NCBI GenBank assembly: GCA_047495785.1
Contig: JBLDXI010000024.1
Span: 5,022,001 to 5,086,000 of the forward strand
Length of the DNA: 64,000 nt
DNA from: Lepidodermella squamata
Taxonomy: Eukaryota; Animalia; Gastrotricha
Direction: 5' to 3'
This document shows, one piece after another, positions 57,412 to 64,000 of the stretch. The notes beneath the pieces are model-generated. The model searched no databases. It was not told the DNA's origin and worked only from the letters and a program-made list of their open reading frames with translations. Both the position numbers and the translations under genes were made by a program. The number at the start of each line of letters is the position of its first letter. The stretch's first letter is position 1.

Positions 57412-60400
57412 AATTGCGCCACAGAAGCTGGCTAATCGCAGACTCGGCATCACCACTCAGCAATATGTAGCTTTTAACGCGAGCGTTGCCATGATCACGT
57501 TGTTGCCGTTACAGTTTGGCTGTAGCCGAGGTTAGATCGGCCTTCGCATAGAATATAAACAGAGCTGAACTGTCCTTCATCAATGATCCTCAGCCGCTTT
57601 AGCTCTGCCAACCCGCGATAGCTCAGCTGGTAGAGCGGAGGACTGTAGATGCAACGCAGCTATCCTTAGGTCGGTGGTTCAAGTCCGCCTCGCGGGATTG
57701 CATGGTTTTTCACTTTCGTTGGGTAGCAGCTTTTCATTCGTTCGTCAGTAAAAATGCGCTGATAGATGTGCAAAGGCCCGTTGGTCTAGGGGTATGATTC
57801 TCGCTTTGGGTGCGAGAGGTCTCGGGTTCAAATCCCGGACGGGCCCAAGCTTTTTGAGCTAATAGCTGAAGCGGCAGCATTACAAAAGGTGTTTGCCATA
57901 ACCTTGAGCGCATGTAATGTTATCACAGCGGCATCGGTGGTTCAGTGGTAGAATTCTCGCCTGCCACGCGGGAGGCCCGGGTTCGATTCCCGGCCGATGC
58001 AAGCGACCCTGTTTTTTCATATCAGCTTCGATGTGCATCAGGCAAATTATGAGCGCAGCAAAATCAAAAGCACTGACAATTCAAGACGCTACAGTCATCC
58101 TTGGTAGTATAGTGGTTAGTATCCCCGCCTGTCACGCGGGAGACCAGGGTTCGATTCCCTGCCAAGGAGTCAGCTTTTTTAGTTGCGGCGCATATATTTC
58201 GAGCCAATTTTTTGAGAAAATTGCTAAAAAGTTGATTGCCGCCCGATGTGGGGCTCGAACCCACGACCCTGGGATTAAGAGTCCCATGCTCTACCGACTG
58301 AGCTAACCGGGCTGAGGCGCTATCAATTGCCTAAGCCGACAATTATGAAGCAGTTGACTGCTGGCGAATGTTGACTGCCATCAAAAATACTCGAGGCTGC
58401 CAGGAGTCGAACCTGGAATCTTCTGATCCGTAGTCAGACGCGTTGTCCATTGCGCCACAACCCCATTCGGTCGAAAGAAGGCTTGCAAGCGCTAATTAGC
58501 AGGCAGGAATGGGACTGAAGTGAAAAATGCATGTCAGAAGTGGGATTCGAACCCACGCCAGTAGAAACTGACTGCGACCTGAACGCAGCGCCTTGGACCG
58601 CTCGGCCATCCTGACGAGATGGTGGAATAGATTGCTGATATCCTGCAGACGGCATTTTGCAAAGCTAAGATATCGCAGAGCAAGTACAGCAAACAGCAAA
58701 GTCGTATAACTGTTGCCAATATAAAACTAGCCAGCTACGCCGATCGGGGTGTATCGTTTCTTAAACTGCTGAAGAAGCACTCAAGTCGCTATGCCCGAGT
58801 GGTTAAGGGGTCTGACTAGAAATCAGATGCGGTCTCCGCGCGTAGGTTCAAATCCTACTGGCGACGACAGTTATTTTTGCATTATAACGACTGAAACTCA
58901 GTTCTGCAGTTAGCCTCCAGAACAGTCCTCGCTTTCATCAGGCGTCAGTGGTGTAACGGTCAGCATGGTTGCCTTCCAAGCAGCCGATCCGGGTTCGACT
59001 CCCGGCTGACGCACACGTTTTTAGCTCACACGTTTGAAAGCAATTGCTAGTGACGAGATTAAAGCTGTCCTTCCCAAAACCAGCGTTCGAGAGGTCCCAT
59101 GGTGTAGCGGTTAGCACTCTGGACTCTGAATCCAGCGACTCGAGTTCGATTCTCGATGGGACCTTGATACGTTTTTTCAAACAAACTTTCAGCTCACTCA
59201 CTCTCAGCTGATGGAAACTTGCGATCGCAATATTTGTTACCATTCAAACCTTTTCTTTCACTAGCCTAGGGGGCATAGCTCAGTGGTAGAGCGTCTCATT
59301 CGCATTGTGAAGGTCTCGGGTTCAATCCCCGATGCCTCCAGTTGGCAATTTTTTCGCGTAACCTCTCGAAGATTAGTTGCTATATCGGTGAAAGTGACCA
59401 GAAATTACGCTAAAAATGTGAAAATAGTGTCAGAAGTGGGGTTCGAACCCACGCCAGTAGAAACTGACTGCGACCTGAACGCAGCGCCTTGGACCGCTCG
59501 GCCATCCTGACGAGATGGTGGAATAGATTGCTGATATCCTGCAGACGGCATTTTGCAAAGCTAAGATATCGCAGAGCAAGTACAGCAAACAGCAAAGTCG
59601 TATAACTGTTGCCAATATAAAACTAGCCAGCTACGCCGATCGGGGTGTATCGTTTCTTAAACTGCTGAAGAAGCACTCAAGTCGCTATGCCCGAGTGGTT
59701 AAGGGGTCTGACTAGAAATCAGATGCGGTCTCCGCGCGTAGGTTCAAATCCTACTGGCGACGACAGTTATTTTTGCATTATAACGACTGAAACTCAGTTC
59801 TGCAGTTAGCCTCCAGAACAGTCCTCGCTTTCATCAGGCGTCAGTGGTGTAACGGTCAGCATGGTTGCCTTCCAAGCAGCCGATCCGGGTTCGACTCCCG
59901 GCTGACGCACACGTTTTTAGCTCACACGTTTGAAAGCAATTGCTAGTGACGAGATTAAAGCTGTCCTTCCCAAAACCAGCGTTCGAGAGGTCCCATGGTG
60001 TAGCGGTTAGCACTCTGGACTCTGAATCCAGCGACTCGAGTTCGATTCTCGATGGGACCTTGATACGTTTTTTCAAACAAACTTTCAGCTCACTCACTCT
60101 CAGCTGATGGAAACTTGCGATCGCAATATTTGTTACCATTCAAACCTTTTCTTTCACTAGCCTAGGGGGCATAGCTCAGTGGTAGAGCGTCTCATTCGCA
60201 TTGTGAAGGTCTCGGGTTCAATCCCCGATGCCTCCAGTTGGCAATTTTTTCGCGTAACCTCTCGAAGATTAGTTGCTATATCGGTGAAAGTGACCAGAAA
60301 TTACGCTAAAAATGTGAAAATAGTGTCAGAAGTGGGGTTCGAACCCACGCCAGTAGAAACTGACTGCGACCTGAACGCAGCGCCTTGGACCGCTCGGCCA

Positions 60401-63400
60401 TCCTGACGAGATGGTGGAATAGATTGCTGATATCCTGCAGACGGCATTTTGCAAAGCTAAGATATCGCAGAGCAAGTACAGCAAACAGCAAAGTCGTATA
60501 ACTGTTGCCAATATAAAACTAGCCAGCTACGCCGATCGGGGTGTATCGTTTCTTAAACTGCTGAAGAAGCACTCAAGTCGCTATGCCCGAGTGGTTAAGG
60601 GGTCTGACTAGAAATCAGATGCGGTCTCCGCGCGTAGGTTCAAATCCTACTGGCGACGACAGTTATTTTTGCATTATAACGACTGAAACTCAGTTCTGCA
60701 GTTAGCCTCCAGAACAGTCCTCGCTTTCATCAGGCGTCAGTGGTGTAACGGTCAGCATGGTTGCCTTCCAAGCAGCCGATCCGGGTTCGACTCCCGGCTG
60801 ACGCACACGTTTTTAGCTCACACGTTTGAAAGCAATTGCTAGTGACGAGATTAAAGCTGTCCTTCCCAAAACCAGCGTTCGAGAGGTCCCATGGTGTAGC
60901 GGTTAGCACTCTGGACTCTGAATCCAGCGACTCGAGTTCGATTCTCGATGGGACCTTGATACGTTTTTTCAAACAAACTTTCAGCTCACTCACTCTCAGC
61001 TGATGGAAACTTGCGATCGCAATATTTGTTACCATTCAAACCTTTTCTTTCACTAGCCTAGGGGGCATAGCTCAGTGGTAGAGCGTCTCATTCGCATTGT
61101 GAAGGTCTCGGGTTCAATCCCCGATGCCTCCAGTTGGCAATTTATTCGCGTAACCTCTCGAAGATTAGTTGCTATATCGGTGAAAGTGACCAGAAATTAC
61201 GCTAAAAATGTGAAAATAGTGTCAGAAGTGGGGTTCGAACCCACGCCAGTAGAAACTGACTGCGACCTGAACGCAGCGCCTTGGACCGCTCGGCCATCCT
61301 GACGAGATGGTGGAATAGATTGCTGATATCCTGCAGACGGCATTTTGCAAAGCTAAGATATCGCAGAGCAAGTACAGCAAACAGCAAAGTCGTATAACTG
61401 TTGCCAATATAAAACTAGCCAGCTACGCCGATCGGGGTGTATCGTTTCTTAAACTGCTGAAGAAGCACTCAAGTCGCTATGCCCGAGTGGTTAAGGGGTC
61501 TGACTAGAAATCAGATGCGGTCTCCGCGCGTAGGTTCAAATCCTACTGGCGACGACAGTTATTTTTGCATTATAACGACTGAAACTCAGTTCTGCAGTTA
61601 GCCTCCAGAACAGTCCTCGCTTTCATCAGGCGTCAGTGGTGTAACGGTCAGCATGGTTGCCTTCCAAGCAGCCGATCCGGGTTCGACTCCCGGCTGACGC
61701 ACACGTTTTTAGCTCACACGTTTGAAAGCAATTGCTAGTGACGAGATTAAAGCTGTCCTTCCCAAAACCAGCGTTCGAGAGGTCCCATGGTGTAGCGGTT
61801 AGCACTCTGGACTCTGAATCCAGCGACTCGAGTTCGATTCTCGATGGGACCTTGATACGTTTTTTCAAACAAACTTTCAGCTCACTCACTCTCAGCTGAT
61901 GGAAACTTGCGATCGCAATATTTGTTACCATTCAAACCTTTTCTTTCACTAGCCTAGGGGGCATAGCTCAGTGGTAGAGCGTCTCATTCGCATTGTGAAG
62001 GTCTCGGGTTCAATCCCCGATGCCTCCAGTTGGCAATTTTTTCGCGTAACCTCTCGAAGATTAGTTGCTATATCGGTGAAAGTGACCAGAAATTACGCTA
62101 AAAATGTGAAAATAGTGTCAGAAGTGGGGTTCGAACCCACGCCAGTAGAAACTGACTGCGACCTGAACGCAGCGCCTTGGACCGCTCGGCCATCCTGACG
62201 AGATGGTGGAATAGATTGCTGATATCCTGCAGACGGCATTTTGCAAAGCTAAGATATCGCAGAGCAAGTACAGCAAACAGCAAAGTCGTATAACTGTTGC
62301 CAATATAAAACTAGCCAGCTACGCCGATCGGGGTGTATCGTTTCTTAAACTGCTGAAGAAGCACTCAAGTCGCTATGCCCGAGTGGTTAAGGGGTCTGAC
62401 TAGAAATCAGATGCGGTCTCCGCGCGTAGGTTCAAATCCTACTGGCGACGACAGTTATTTTTGCATTATAACGACTGAAACTCAGTTCTGCAGTTAGCCT
62501 CCAGAACAGTCCTCGCTTTCATCAGGCGTCAGTGGTGTAACGGTCAGCATGGTTGCCTTCCAAGCAGCCGATCCGGGTTCGACTCCCGGCTGACGCACAC
62601 GTTTTTAGCTCACACGTTTGAAAGCAATTGCTAGTGACGAGATTAAAGCTGTCCTTCCCAAAACCAGCGTTCGAGAGGTCCCATGGTGTAGCGGTTAGCA
62701 CTCTGGACTCTGAATCCAGCGACTCGAGTTCGATTCTCGATGGGACCTTGATACGTTTTTTCAAACAAACTTTCAGCTCACTCACTCTCAGCTGATGGAA
62801 ACTTGCGATCGCAATATTTGTTACCATTCAAACCTTTTCTTTCACTAGCCTAGGGGGCATAGCTCAGTGGTAGAGCGTCTCATTCGCATTGTGAAGGTCT
62901 CGGGTTCAATCCCCGATGCCTCCAGTTGGCAATTTATTCGCGTAACCTCTCGAAGATTAGTTGCTATATCGGTGAAAGTGACCAGAAATTACGCTAAAAA
63001 TGTGAAAATAGTGTCAGAAGTGGGGTTCGAACCCACGCCAGTAGAAACTGACTGCGACCTGAACGCAGCGCCTTGGACCGCTCGGCCATCCTGACGAGAT
63101 GGTGGAATAGATTGCTGATATCCTGCAGACGGCATTTTGCAAAGCTAAGATATCGCAGAGCAAGTACAGCAAACAGCAAAGTCGTATAACTGTTGCCAAT
63201 ATAAAACTAGCCAGCTACGCCGATCGGGGTGTATCGTTTCTTAAACTGCTGAAGAAGCACTCAAGTCGCTATGCCCGAGTGGTTAAGGGGTCTGACTAGA
63301 AATCAGATGCGGTCTCCGCGCGTAGGTTCAAATCCTACTGGCGACGACAGTTATTTTTGCATTATAACGACTGAAACTCAGTTCTGCAGTTAGCCTCCAG

Positions 63401-63907
63401 AACAGTCCTCGCTTTCATCAGGCGTCAGTGGTGTAACGGTCAGCATGGTTGCCTTCCAAGCAGCCGATCCGGGTTCGACTCCCGGCTGACGCACACGTTT
63501 TTAGCTCACACGTTTGAAAGCAATTGCTAGTGACGAGATTAAAGCTGTCCTTCCCAAAACCAGCGTTCGAGAGGTCCCATGGTGTAGCGGTTAGCACTCT
63601 GGACTCTGAATCCAGCGACTCGAGTTCGATTCTCGATGGGACCTTGATACGTTTTTTCAAACAAACTTTCAGCTCACTCACTCTCAGCTGATGGAAACTT
63701 GCGATCGCAATATTTGTTACCATTCAAACCTTTTCTTTCACTAGCCTAGGGGGCATAGCTCAGTGGTAGAGCGTCTCATTCGCATTGTGAAGGTCTCGGG
63801 TTCAATCCCCGATGCCTCCAGTTGGCAATTTTTTCGCGTAACCTCTCGAAGATTAGTTGCTATATCGGTGAAAGTGACCAGAAATTACGCTAAAAATGTG
63901 AAAATAG
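56083..63907. repeat. Array unit 6: A-B-C x6
   Basis: C modules at 58532, 59428, 60324, 61220, 62116 and 63012. Confidence 0.95.
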
Positions 63908-64000
63908 TGTCAGAAGTGGGGTTCGAACCCACGCCCTCTTTCGAGGACCAGATCTTGAGTCTGGCGCCTTAGACCGCTCGGCCATCCTGACCAGATGTAG

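Larger units (their letters stand above)
38577..64000. repeat. Tandem tRNA-gene array, basic unit 3345 bp (20 tRNA genes), continues past the window end
   Basis: Near-identical units start at 38577, 41922, 47052, 51293, 53688, 56083 and 63908; module order ABC, ABCCC, ABCC, AC, AC, ABCCCCCC, A. Confidence 0.97.

Noticed and set aside
38577-64000. Dozens of repeated 60-130 aa ORFs in the array (e.g. MVTNIAIAS, MVERLIRIV, MLSQRHRW)
   Set aside because: They are shadow frames across tRNA genes and spacers, with no protein features; they repeat only because the DNA repeats.
38577-64000. CRISPR array, or a prokaryotic/phage tRNA operon
   Set aside because: No repeat-unique spacer pattern and no cas genes. 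Genes lie on both strands, generally lack encoded CCA, have oligo-T terminators and include a eukaryotic Tyr intron.
38577-64000. Suppressor, selenocysteine or recoded-anticodon tRNA
   Set aside because: All 20 anticodons read are standard sense anticodons and agree with the body type; no TCA, CTA or TTA anticodon was seen.

Overview
Eukaryotic window, most likely from an invertebrate animal (spliceosomal GT-AG introns, class A GPCR, SLC6 transporter, Cys-loop channels, eukaryote-type tRNAs); no closer taxonomic call is made. 1-38.3 kb is gene-rich: a peptide-type GPCR; three adjacent ankyrin genes with different effector domains (RING/B-box TRIM-like, SOCS box, kinase-pseudokinase plus about 40 ankyrin repeats); a GAT1-like SLC6 transporter; two inverted pairs of intronless, compact Cys-loop ligand-gated channel genes (one pair intact, one disrupted); a secreted DLPPP-repeat/Kunitz protein; and a GT32 (SUR1/CSH1-like) glycosyltransferase. 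Orphan pieces of a tRNA cluster sit at 17.5, 26.5-27.9 and 31.4 kb. From 38,577 to the window end is a tandem tRNA-gene array. Its basic 3,345-bp unit carries 20 tRNA genes with 20 different anticodons (14 amino acids). It is built from three modules (A = 9 genes, B = 6, C = 5) in the order ABC-ABCCC-ABCC-AC-AC-ABCCCCCC-A..., about 149 gene copies by manual count. Module C was amplified by recombination between the two Leu genes, leaving chimeric tRNA-Leu copies. All six array copies of tRNA-Arg(TCG) carry the same inactivating 8-nt deletion; the only intact copy is in the inverted orphan block. All calls come from manual reading; no searches were run.
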